Assembly (NCBI RefSeq): GCF_000315625.1
Contig: NW_005434644.1
Span: 62,077 to 126,076 of the forward strand
Direction: 5' to 3'
DNA: 64,000 bases
Origin: Guillardia theta CCMP2712
Lineage: Eukaryota > Protista > Cryptophyta
Made by a program: the position numbers and the translations under genes. Under the pieces are notes generated by a model. It worked only from the letters and a program-made list of their open reading frames with translations, made no database searches and was not told where the DNA came from. Of the stretch, positions 41,373-50,876 are shown piece by piece (position 1 is the first letter of the stretch; each line of letters begins with the position of its first letter).

Positions 41373-41571
41373 CAAAAAGAAAATTTTCTTTTTGTATCCA
41401 CGAACAAAGGAATACAAAAAGACTCTACGATAACATTCCAAGGACAACGAGTTTAAGGGCTCTTGGTCTTTGTGCGTCGAATTGACAACGAGTTTGAAGG
41501 CTCTTTAAGTTATACTGTACGCTGTTACTCATTTTTTTTGGAACGGTATTGGTAACTCCAAGTTGACGATC

Positions 41572-44500
41572 ATGAGCATGAGCATGCCAGATCTGCAAGA
41601 GGAGTTGAAACGAAGCCATGGTGATGTTCAGGTCGACAAGCTGAAGCATGGGAAGGTTACCTCCAAGGAAAAACTCGAGGACCTGTTCCTTCCTTTCTCA
41701 GGTGCCATGAGTCGTTTTCGTCCGAATCTTGGGGCTTGTTTCTTAAAACTGTTGGACTTGTTTCCGATTGACGAGACTGGATCGTTTGTTGGAGAATTTC
41801 ATGAAATGTGGGAGTCGTCTCCAGAAGGTCTAGAAAAATTCTCTTCGCTGGAGTGGAAGATTCAGGTCACGGCGTTGTTTCTGCATGCTGGGTACATTTG
41901 GAAGAATGGGAAGAAATTCAAGGATGCTCTTGAGAAGTTTAAGAAGTTGCGAGGAAAATTCGAGGAGGCAATCGCAGCCAGCGAGGATGTGAATGATGGT
42001 GCTTCAGAGGATGGAGAGATGGGTAATCCACTCGATACATCTGTGGTTTTCTCTCCACACAAGTACCAAATATCACCGAGGTTGTTCAGATCCTCAGCTG
42101 ATCGACAGGAGGTGGAAGTCTTATTTGAGGATATTGCTGAGGTACTTGTCAGCACGAACAGTTATTTTCGAGTTAAGCTAAAGGATGATTTCGACATAGA
42201 GTGGCAGATGTCAGGAGGAGGCAACTATCCTTTGGCATTCTTCAAAACTTTGGCACTGGTACGCTGGAATGTAAAGCAACGAAGTGGAGCTGAGCTTATC
42301 GAGCTTACTGAGGACGAAGGGAGAGATCAGCTCAGAGCGCTAGCGAAACAGCCACTTGAGTCTGAAGAAGCCTTCTGGAGGAACGTGGACAAAATCAAGC
42401 TACTGTTTAAGAATCTCAAGGATAGTATTCAAGGTGTTGTGGGGGCACACCAAAGGATGGGGCCGTTAGAGATCCAGATCGCTGAACTCTTGCATGCCAG
42501 GTGTAAAGAATCGACTTGTGAATCGTTGCAGTCATTGGCATTGAATAGAGAATTGCGAAATTGGAAGAAGAGTAATATGAGACCAGAAAAGATTTCTCTC
42601 GACGAAATATTCCACTGGGGGCGCATCTTAAAAACTAGAAGCAAGACGACTACGACCGTGACGCCCGCGATGGATGCGAAGGGAGACGTGTCAGTGGTGA
42701 ATATCACTGTGGCAAGTGAACCGTTGGTACCGAATGAACCGCAGGCTGTCGGAGAAGTTGCAGTGGGCAAGAAGAGATCCTCGGGGTCAGGCGAAAACAG
42801 TGGTCAAGCGGATTCGGGAGAGAATTCTCACGTCGATCCCAAATGGTATGGTAATTACCCAGTTCGTGGGAGTATACCTCCATCATATCCTCAAGGTATC
42901 ATGTTTCCCAGCCAAGACCCGTTTTTCAATTTCTATGCTCAAGGTCAACCCTCTATGTATCCATTTCCTATCCAAGGTCCGGTCGGGAACGTCCCAACGT
43001 TTTACCAGGCTTCTGGTCAAGCTCCTTCAGGACCTGGTAGGACGGGACAAGATCAGGCGGCGTTTGACCCTAGCTCATACCGTGGTGGTTTCCCTGGCCG
43101 CGGAGGCGAGGGGGACGGCGGACCTAACCATACGGGTTACCGTGGCAGGGGAAGGAGGAATCAGGATGGGTACCATAATGGAGGGAGAGGAAGTTTTAAA
43201 GGAGGCTATGGAAGAGGTCAGGGTGGACAGAAAGGACATGGAGGCAAAGGTTGGAAGGGTGGTCGAGGTCATGGAAATTTCAATCACAACCACAACTACA
43301 ATAACAACAACTACAATCAAAATAATGGCAACTACAAAAATCAGCGGTTTAACCCTCGAGGGGTTGAAAGTGAACAACCGTCATCTGTCTTGCAGAATTT
43401 GTTGTCAGGGGGAGTTGTGGACGCTGAAACCACGCGCAAGATGGGGGAAGCGTTGATTCAGGCAGCTCAACGCATGGCAGCGAATGCTTCTTCAAGTTCA
43501 CACAGTCACCAGCAGAAGGCTGACGCAGACGGCCAGCGGAATGAGTCAGAAAAGAAATCTTCTGTTCCTGCAAATCCATTTGAACGCTCATCGGCCCAGA
43601 ATGCAACGGAATCTGCATCACAGGCTAATCGAAGGCAAGGAGCGTGGAAAGCAAATTTCACATTTGGTCTCGACTCCACGTCTACCATCGAGGAATTGCA
43701 GGAAATTGCATTGCAGGTAAAGGAGAAAGAAGGAGCTGGAGGCCATACGTTCTTGCTGGACTCTGGTGCTAATATCTCCATGGTCAAGGAAGAGTCTATG
43801 TTGTTTGATGTCCAAGCTGGACCTGAATTTCAGGTGCTTACCGCTGGAGGTACTGTCGTCTGTGATAAGGTTGGAAAATTACGACTGCAACTGGTTTGTC
43901 CAACAACTAACACATGTCTGGACGAGATTATTGTCAACGTTCGCGTATGCCCGCTTGTCCCGATATCGTTGCTTAGCTTGGATGATGTTCTTGGGACTGA
44001 CTACCACATGTTATCACGGGGCTCCAGGAGTGCCCTAAAGTCTTACATTTGCTCAGAAGATGGTGCATTGAAAATCGATGTATTCCAACGAGATAGGTTG
44101 TACTTTTTGCAGACGGTTTTCATGGGAGATGGGAAGATTAGTGTGGCGTGCAACAGTACAACCTCTTGCGCTGGTACGAGCAATGGTGATAATTACAGTG
44201 GGGGTCCATCAAGTTTAGTGACTCTCAAGCCAGAGGAGAACATGTGTGAGCAGTCCCGATTGTCAGCTGCGACAGAATCGGCCATCTGGCACCTTCGGCT
44301 CGGACATCTGGAAGCAAAGATTCAAAAATTACTAGCCGATTCGGTGAAGTATGTCACGTACGACAGGCGCCTAAAGAAATCTCCTTGTCACACCTGTAGA
44401 ATAGCAAAGTTCGTCTCACGGCCGATCCATCGACAGTCGGATTTCCGACAGGAGCGGGCATCAGAGGTCAATCAAGTCTGGCATATGGATTTGAAAGACG

Positions 44501-47500
44501 TAATTGTACAATCCGAGCCTGGTGGTTATAGATATTTCTTGATCATTGTGGACGTCTTTTCGGGATTTGTGCGAGTAAGACCTATGCGCACGAAAAGTCA
44601 GACGACTGCTATCCTCAAGGAAATACTGTTACAAGAGGATCGTGACAGCTCTCGTCCTAAGGTACAGAAGATTGTATCTGACAACGGTTCAGAATTCAGC
44701 TCTGTGGAGCTGGAGAGCTTTTTCGTTGATCATGGGATACGACATGACAAAATTCCAGAGTACTCTCAGGTCTACAATGCGTTCGCTGAACGTGGAATCA
44801 GAAGCGTAATGTCCATTCATCGGACGTTACTACGTCAGAGCGGAGTACCCCGGAGCAAATGGGAATATTCCGTACAGCAGGCAGTTTTACTGTACAACAT
44901 TCTGCCTAGTGGACGAAATCTAGGGTATTCCTCACCATACTTGATATATACAACAGAGCAGTTTGACTATCGCAAGCTCAAGGTTTTTGGGTGCAGCACC
45001 TTCTTCAAGAATGAACTACGCACGTCAAAGGTGGATGATCCAGCAATTCATGGTTTAAATCTGGGAAACGCGTGCGCTTTCTCTGGATATAAGGTGGGGT
45101 ATTTGGTTTGGGATATCGAGCATGATAGAATCGTCCATACGAATAATCTTACGTTTGACGAGATGTATTTTCCATTACGTTGCCGACGTTTTCAGGCATC
45201 TAATGTGGAGGATGAATTGTTGAAGGAACTAGTACCTTGTGCACCAGTGGCATCTGACGACGACGAAGACTCCTCGGAAAATGCGAGTGAAACAGAATTG
45301 CAAATTCCTGAGGAAGTTGCAACGTCTGGCAGGAAGCGACACTGTCAGGGAGGCTCTGGTCCTGACGCAAGTGAAGTTTCCGCGAGCAAGCGCCTCCAAT
45401 TGGAATTTCCACCTTCCTCGGTCCAAGGCCTAACATCTGGAGATCAACGGGAGGATACAGGAGAGCATCGGTTGAGGGATGATACCGAATATGTGCCTGA
45501 CGGTGCAATGTCTCCAGTTCCTCCAGCAGGCAGAAGAACACGGAGGGATTTCAAGGCGGAGCGAGGGGTCTTGGAAAGCAAATATGTCAATCGAGATGTC
45601 GAAGTTCTTGTAAATGGTCAAGTAGAGCAAGGCAAAATTTTGCAGATGGTTTTCAAGGAGGGAAAGTTTCTCGCGCGGATTGTTTTCCCAACTCTCGACA
45701 ATTACTGGGTGTTACGGTCTGTCACTGATCCTGACATCAAGTTTTTGGAACAAACCGAACAGAAGGCAATGGTGGTGCTTACAAGTGGGGAGACAATATC
45801 AGAGGTCTGCATGTTAGCAGATTATTACTCGTGCAGCTTTCCACCGAACGTCTTTGGTGATATGACCGACCATACCAAGGTTTTTAAACCCTGTCTTGAT
45901 CGTGCAGCGGATGAGATCAAGGATGTTGTCGAAGCTACAGTTGGGGGTTCGCCTGAAGTGGTTGTACTTTCCCAGCACAAGAAATTTCCACAGTATCTGC
46001 AAGTTACACATATTGTGCAGGGGTCGACTGAATCTGAAGAGATCTTGTATGTTTGGGACAGGGGGGAAGACAGGACAAGCCTTCAGCCAGCATCCCAGCG
46101 TTTTGTTCCAGTATGGAGGGATGAGATGTACAAAACTCGTTTACAGCATGTCGATCCTGTGTCATCTGCCCCACAGGTCAGTGCTAATGTGGACCCTACT
46201 TTCAGGGATACGCGTCTTCTTGTGGCGAATCTAGCGTTGGTCTCTCCCGTATGGGACGCGGTGGAGCTGGCGTCTGACCTGTTATCTCTGATGTCTTCCG
46301 ACCGTGACAATCCAGCTGCAATGCCTGAGAATCAGGCAGATTACGCGATGACAGCGGCTTGCGATGCAGGAGATGTGGAGAACGAAAGTAGTTTTGACAA
46401 GTTACCAGATCCCAAGACAAGGTCAGAGATGTTACGTCGCCCGGATCGGCATCTTTGGGAGCAGGCTGAAAAGGAGGAAATTGCGAAGATCGAAAGTCGT
46501 GGGGTCTGGGAAGTTGTTACGCGTGATCAGAAAAACAGGGAGTCAAATCATTCTGTACTTGCTCGCGCCTTGTGGGTGTATGCTTCAAAACGAGACTTGA
46601 AGGGCAAGATCTTGAAACGAAAGGGGCGGCTAGTTATCATGGGCAACTTACTTCCTTCATCTGAAGAATTGTTTGCACCGACTACATCGTTGGACAATAT
46701 CCGGCTCTTGCTGAGCATCGCGGCAGGCAACCGTTGGAGAATCACATTCAGGGATATCTCTGCTGCTTTCTTGTATGGTGACTTGGAGGTTCCTGTGTAT
46801 TTGATTCCTCCAGATATCATGAGTCTTCCTCCTGAGTGCCTCCTCAAAGTCTTGAAGTCGCTCTATGGACTTCGCATTGCACCAAGGAGATGGTATCTTA
46901 AGTTCACGCAGGTGTTGAAGACGGTGGGAGCAAGTGGGATAGGACATGATGAGATCATCTACCGATACTCCAACTGTGCGGGGGACGTCTTGCTTCTGAC
47001 TGTCTTCGTGGATGACTTACTCATTGTCTCTCAAACTGAAGCAGTTAAGATTGAGTTTCTTGAGAAGCTCAACACAGTATTCGACTTTTCGGGGAGTGAG
47101 GCAACAGGTACCTTCTTGGGCATTAAAATAGAACAGAATGACGATCAGGGTCGGATAACTTTGTCACAACAGCATTTCATTGAAAAGATTGTTGAACGCT
47201 TTGAAATCGTTGCCAGAGGTGTCAAAACGGTATTACCTGGTCACTATCTCAAGACTTATCACTTGGAGGGTAAGTTGTTGAACAAGAAGGAAGTCCGCAC
47301 TTATCAGAGTCTTCTGGGGTCCATTCTCTACGTGGCAAATTGTACGCGGGTTGATATCGCATTCGCGACGAGCGTCCTTAGTCGCTTTGCTCGGGCTCCT
47401 AGGCAGTGCGATATGGATGCCTTAATTCATCTTCTACAGTACCTTTACACTACTCGGGAGGTTCAGATCGTATACCATTGTCACGGAGTATCTTACCACC

Positions 47501-48003
47501 AGGAGTGTTTTGTCAATGAGATGATTGCATTCAGTGATGCTGGTTGGGGTACCGAGATTATTACGAGACGGAGTCAAAGCGGATATGGAATCGTTCTGAA
47601 TGGTGGGGTAGTCGTCTTCGGTTCAAAAATGCAGAAGGTTGTTGCCCTGAGTTCTTCAGAAGCTGAAATTTATGCTGCCACCACCTGCGCGAAACTAGTC
47701 AAGCTTTATAGAAATCTCTTGGGTCAGATGGGATTTACGCAGACTCGTCCTACTCTCTTGCTAATCGACAATGAACCATGTCTGAGGCTTTTGTGGGACA
47801 AGCGAAGTTATAGTCGACTCAAACACATTGATATTCGAACGAAGTATGCTGTTGATTTGGTAGAAAAGGACGAGCTCTATCCAGAAAAGATTCATACTTC
47901 TTATCAGCCTGGTGATTTGCTGACGAAAGTTCTGCCTTTGAATCGGTGGAGGCTCCTTGGTGAATTTCTCTTCGGAGACCCCTTACCGGATATGCTGCTC
48001 TGA
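41572..48003 (+). CDS. Copia Gag-Pol polyprotein, about 2143 aa, uninterrupted
   Basis: Protease FLLDSGA; integrase zinc finger WHLRLGH..CHTC and DDE (HMDL, SDNGSEF, AER); RT DISAAFLYG..LKSLYGL..VFVDDLL; RNase H AFSDA..SSSEAEIY..IDN..KHIDIR..DLLTK. Confidence 0.97.
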   Translation: MSMSMPDLQEELKRSHGDVQVDKLKHGKVTSKEKLEDLFLPFSGAMSRFRPNLGACFLKLLDLFPIDETGSFVGEFHEMWESSPEGLEKFSSLEWKIQVTALFLHAGYIWKNGKKFKDALEKFKKLRGKFEEAIAASEDVNDGASEDGEMGNPLDTSVVFSPHKYQISPRLFRSSADRQEVEVLFEDIAEVLVSTNSYFRVKLKDDFDIEWQMSGGGNYPLAFFKTLALVRWNVKQRSGAELIELTEDEGRDQLRALAKQPLESEEAFWRNVDKIKLLFKNLKDSIQGVVGAHQRMGPLEIQIAELLHARCKESTCESLQSLALNRELRNWKKSNMRPEKISLDEIFHWGRILKTRSKTTTTVTPAMDAKGDVSVVNITVASEPLVPNEPQAVGEVAVGKKRSSGSGENSGQADSGENSHVDPKWYGNYPVRGSIPPSYPQGIMFPSQDPFFNFYAQGQPSMYPFPIQGPVGNVPTFYQASGQAPSGPGRTGQDQAAFDPSSYRGGFPGRGGEGDGGPNHTGYRGRGRRNQDGYHNGGRGSFKGGYGRGQGGQKGHGGKGWKGGRGHGNFNHNHNYNNNNYNQNNGNYKNQRFNPRGVESEQPSSVLQNLLSGGVVDAETTRKMGEALIQAAQRMAANASSSSHSHQQKADADGQRNESEKKSSVPANPFERSSAQNATESASQANRRQGAWKANFTFGLDSTSTIEELQEIALQVKEKEGAGGHTFLLDSGANISMVKEESMLFDVQAGPEFQVLTAGGTVVCDKVGKLRLQLVCPTTNTCLDEIIVNVRVCPLVPISLLSLDDVLGTDYHMLSRGSRSALKSYICSEDGALKIDVFQRDRLYFLQTVFMGDGKISVACNSTTSCAGTSNGDNYSGGPSSLVTLKPEENMCEQSRLSAATESAIWHLRLGHLEAKIQKLLADSVKYVTYDRRLKKSPCHTCRIAKFVSRPIHRQSDFRQERASEVNQVWHMDLKDVIVQSEPGGYRYFLIIVDVFSGFVRVRPMRTKSQTTAILKEILLQEDRDSSRPKVQKIVSDNGSEFSSVELESFFVDHGIRHDKIPEYSQVYNAFAERGIRSVMSIHRTLLRQSGVPRSKWEYSVQQAVLLYNILPSGRNLGYSSPYLIYTTEQFDYRKLKVFGCSTFFKNELRTSKVDDPAIHGLNLGNACAFSGYKVGYLVWDIEHDRIVHTNNLTFDEMYFPLRCRRFQASNVEDELLKELVPCAPVASDDDEDSSENASETELQIPEEVATSGRKRHCQGGSGPDASEVSASKRLQLEFPPSSVQGLTSGDQREDTGEHRLRDDTEYVPDGAMSPVPPAGRRTRRDFKAERGVLESKYVNRDVEVLVNGQVEQGKILQMVFKEGKFLARIVFPTLDNYWVLRSVTDPDIKFLEQTEQKAMVVLTSGETISEVCMLADYYSCSFPPNVFGDMTDHTKVFKPCLDRAADEIKDVVEATVGGSPEVVVLSQHKKFPQYLQVTHIVQGSTESEEILYVWDRGEDRTSLQPASQRFVPVWRDEMYKTRLQHVDPVSSAPQVSANVDPTFRDTRLLVANLALVSPVWDAVELASDLLSLMSSDRDNPAAMPENQADYAMTAACDAGDVENESSFDKLPDPKTRSEMLRRPDRHLWEQAEKEEIAKIESRGVWEVVTRDQKNRESNHSVLARALWVYASKRDLKGKILKRKGRLVIMGNLLPSSEELFAPTTSLDNIRLLLSIAAGNRWRITFRDISAAFLYGDLEVPVYLIPPDIMSLPPECLLKVLKSLYGLRIAPRRWYLKFTQVLKTVGASGIGHDEIIYRYSNCAGDVLLLTVFVDDLLIVSQTEAVKIEFLEKLNTVFDFSGSEATGTFLGIKIEQNDDQGRITLSQQHFIEKIVERFEIVARGVKTVLPGHYLKTYHLEGKLLNKKEVRTYQSLLGSILYVANCTRVDIAFATSVLSRFARAPRQCDMDALIHLLQYLYTTREVQIVYHCHGVSYHQECFVNEMIAFSDAGWGTEIITRRSQSGYGIVLNGGVVVFGSKMQKVVALSSSEAEIYAATTCAKLVKLYRNLLGQMGFTQTRPTLLLIDNEPCLRLLWDKRSYSRLKHIDIRTKYAVDLVEKDELYPEKIHTSYQPGDLLTKVLPLNRWRLLGEFLFGDPLPDMLL

Positions 48004-49515
48004 GGATGCTCGCCTGTCATGCTCTCTGCGCTTCTGTCAGGGACAGTGCTACTCTGTTCCCATGCCGTCAGTCGCCAAAGTTGTATGCCCCGTGTGTGAT
48101 TGACGGTGATCCGAGCTCCAGTCTCCGACAAGGAGATTCAACCGATCCTGCTGCGGTGGCTTCCAGGCTTTATCTTCCGTCTTTTCTCCGATTCAGGGAG
48201 GGTGTCTCGGACCCTTGCCACCGAGTCCGTGTCGCTCGAGAATTGTCAGTCTTCCGTCTTCTATCCGATTCAGGGAGGGTGTCTCGGGTGATGTCACCGA
48301 GGAGACTCTCATGGAGAACGTGAAGGAATCGGATGAATCGGAAGGAGGATAAAGACAGACACGTCTTCCTCAAGCCTGTGGCTAGCTGCAACCAAGACAT
48401 CTGTTCTAGGTTAGTATCTTAGAAACTCGCTCATCCTGATCTATGGAACCCATGACGGTAGTGAACGATGAAATTGAATGGCCAAAAAAAAAAAAAATGA
48501 AAATTGAGAAAGAAATGACGGATGAGTCGAGATCGATAAGTCATGTGGTTGAAATGAAAGCGCTGACGTCAAAAATGATTGTGCCTTGGCAAAACAATGA
48601 TCCCCGGGGTAGATAGGATAGAAAGGGCCCATAGATTAGAAACGAGAAAATTGTGTTCAAAACAATCAGAGATCAATCAATGCATTGCAAGAATTCTGAA
48701 CCTGATCTCTGGAGCTTGATTGGAATTCTAAATTCTTGGCATCATCAATGGGTGGAGATGTCTTCATTGCTCAATGCGCAAGCTTCAGAGAGGTCACATG
48801 ATGACCAATCCCATCATGAGGATCAGGTTGAAGAGGAGGAGGAGCTGTCTGACTTGAAAGATGCAGATGTGTTCAGGACTTAGTCTTGAACTGACACTGC
48901 AGGCAGCTGGGAAGAGTTTATGATGGAAGGTGAGGAGGAGCACAGGTGCATGCGGACAGCGCAGGCGGATGAGGAGCGTCTCTGTGGCATGCGGATGGTA
49001 CAAGCTGAGGAACCCGTGTGCACGAGCCTCAGGATGCGCTAGAGGAGGACAGCGCAGGTGCTGCAGGAGTGCTGCTGAAGCGCAAGCGCTGGAGGAGCAG
49101 CGCAGGCCCTACGATGGTGGGGAGAAGCCGCAGCGGTGCACTGTTGGCGGGGTGCGACTGCACTGCATCCGCAGCGCAAGCGGAGGAGGAGCGCAGGTGT
49201 CACAGGAGGAGAAACGCAGGTGCACCAGGGTGCACACTTGAAGCGAAGGAGGAGCGCAGGAGGCATGCAAGATGGGGGATGAGCCTGTGCAGAACGGTTG
49301 ATGGAGTGGTAGCAGCAAGATGACCTTGGAGAGGAGAGCAGCATGGAAGTCAGCTTGGGAAAGATGTTGATGGTCAGGTGATGGGAGCAGCTGACAACGC
49401 TGCAAGAAGCTAGAGCGAGCGTTGGAAAGGAGGACATCGCAGGGGACAGCTGCTTAGCTGTCAAGCAGATGATTTTGACAAGCTGAGAAGGTTGCAGCCT
49501 TCTGACTTGCTTCCC

Positions 49516-49525
49516 AAAGGGAGGG
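49516..49525 (+). other. Polypurine tract
   Basis: AAAGGGAGGG immediately 5' of the 3' LTR. Confidence 0.9.
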
Positions 49526-50015
49526 TGTAAGAACTCAGGTTCTGACAAACCTCTCAGAAGTTCTTTCAGACGCGATAAGTTCAAGGGATGCGTCTAATCA
49601 GGTTGTGAACCAAGTGAAGCCTGCAGGTCCAAGCTAGTGGGCTGGAGCTTAGTCTGTGACTTAGAAGATCCGGTTGGTTGGAGCCTGGGGAAGCTGAGGC
49701 GGCGCCGGAGGAATCAAGAGGCGCCGGCTGTCGAAGAGGCAGCACTCGTACAGTGGTGGAAGTAAGGCGGTGGTGTGTGAAGGGAAGCTGTTTGGTTGGT
49801 CTTGCTGCTACGAGTGTTGGGAATAAAGTGCTGGGGATTGTTGGGAAGTTGATCTGAGTTATCTGAGGTGTTTGGTTGGCTGTGAAAGTCATTGGTGTCT
49901 TCGTGCGCACATCATCTGTGAGTCTTGGTCTTTGGACTTATCAGTCAGCTGTTGAGCTGTTCTACTAGTCATTCATCTGTGCACAGACTCTAGGAGTCAG
50001 GAATTGATTCCAATA
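49526..50015 (+). repeat. 3' LTR
   Basis: Copy of 40883-41372, followed directly by the TSD GTTAA. Confidence 0.97.
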
Positions 50016-50770
50016 GTTAAAATCACTGACTCAGTATCGGAGGACAATCAGGAGAGTCAAGGAGGCTTGACCCTGACACTGTCGCACAGGCCAAACGGCG
50101 AGAAGAGAAAGACAGCGAGAACCAAACCCAATCCTGCCGACTGCTGCCCCCCACTGCCAGACGGTGCGCACTGGACAAACAGTCACCGGGTGTGACCCCG
50201 GCGTTTGAGTTTTGTGCGAGCATGTTCAGTCAGTGCCAAGTTCGGAGCCGGGCCCCGCAGTGACGGTGCCATGATCATCCGACATGATAGCCCGTCCCGG
50301 CCGGCCCGGAGTCGGGCCCGGCGGCCCCGAGCCGACTCGCATTGAATGCCCCGGTGCCGCAGGCAGGATCAGATCGGACCATCATGGGCCGAGCGGCACT
50401 CAGTTGACTTGCCAGTTGAACTGGCGGGCCGGACTCGGGAGCCTCGGGGGCACTGGCAGGCTGCGTGTCGGACTCGGGCGCGGCGGGAGTCGGAACTCGG
50501 AACTTAAACTTCGGACAGTGACTCGGAAGTTCGCAAGAGTCTTTACTCAAAGTTAAGTTAAATCAGTACGAGGCCCTCACAATCAGGCCATACGTCATCC
50601 GATCTTGTCATCTTCAACCGTAATAAAACCTCGCTCAATTTTAAAGTCCTTCATCACCCCTATTTCTCTAGGCACAAAGGGGGGTATATACATTTTTTTT
50701 TAAAAGTGACTTTTGCTGGGACATGAATATAAGGGGACAAGAGTCTTGTCTTATTATTACCCACTACGGA

Positions 50771-50876
50771 CCCTAACCGTACCCTACCCTACCCTAATCC
50801 TACCCTAACCTTACCCTATCATTCCCTATCATTCCTATCATACACTACCCTACCCTACCCTACCCTACCCTACCCT
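50771..50876. repeat. Degenerate (TACCC)n/CCCTAA telomere-like array
   Basis: CCCTAACCGTACCCTACCCTACCCTAATCCTACCCTAACC...TACCCTACCCTACCC. Confidence 0.8.

Larger units (their letters stand above)
40883..50015 (+). mobile_element. Full-length Ty1/copia LTR retrotransposon
   Basis: Two 490-bp LTRs; GTTAA TSD (40878-40882 and 50016-50020); PPT; single gag-pol ORF with PR-IN-RT-RH domain order. Confidence 0.97.
40646..50570. repeat. Inverted-repeat-bounded GC-rich element, about 790 bp without the retrotransposon
   Basis: CGTACTGATTTTTAACTTAACTTTGAGTAAAGAC (40646-40679) is the inverse of GTCTTTACTCAAAGTTAAGTTAAATCAGTACG (50539-50570) apart from 2 T. A third copy at 40860 is split by the LTR element. 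No clear TSD. Confidence 0.6.

Noticed and set aside
50771-50876. True telomere or chromosome fusion point
   Set aside because: Short and degenerate, mostly TACCC pentamers in one orientation, with genes on both sides.
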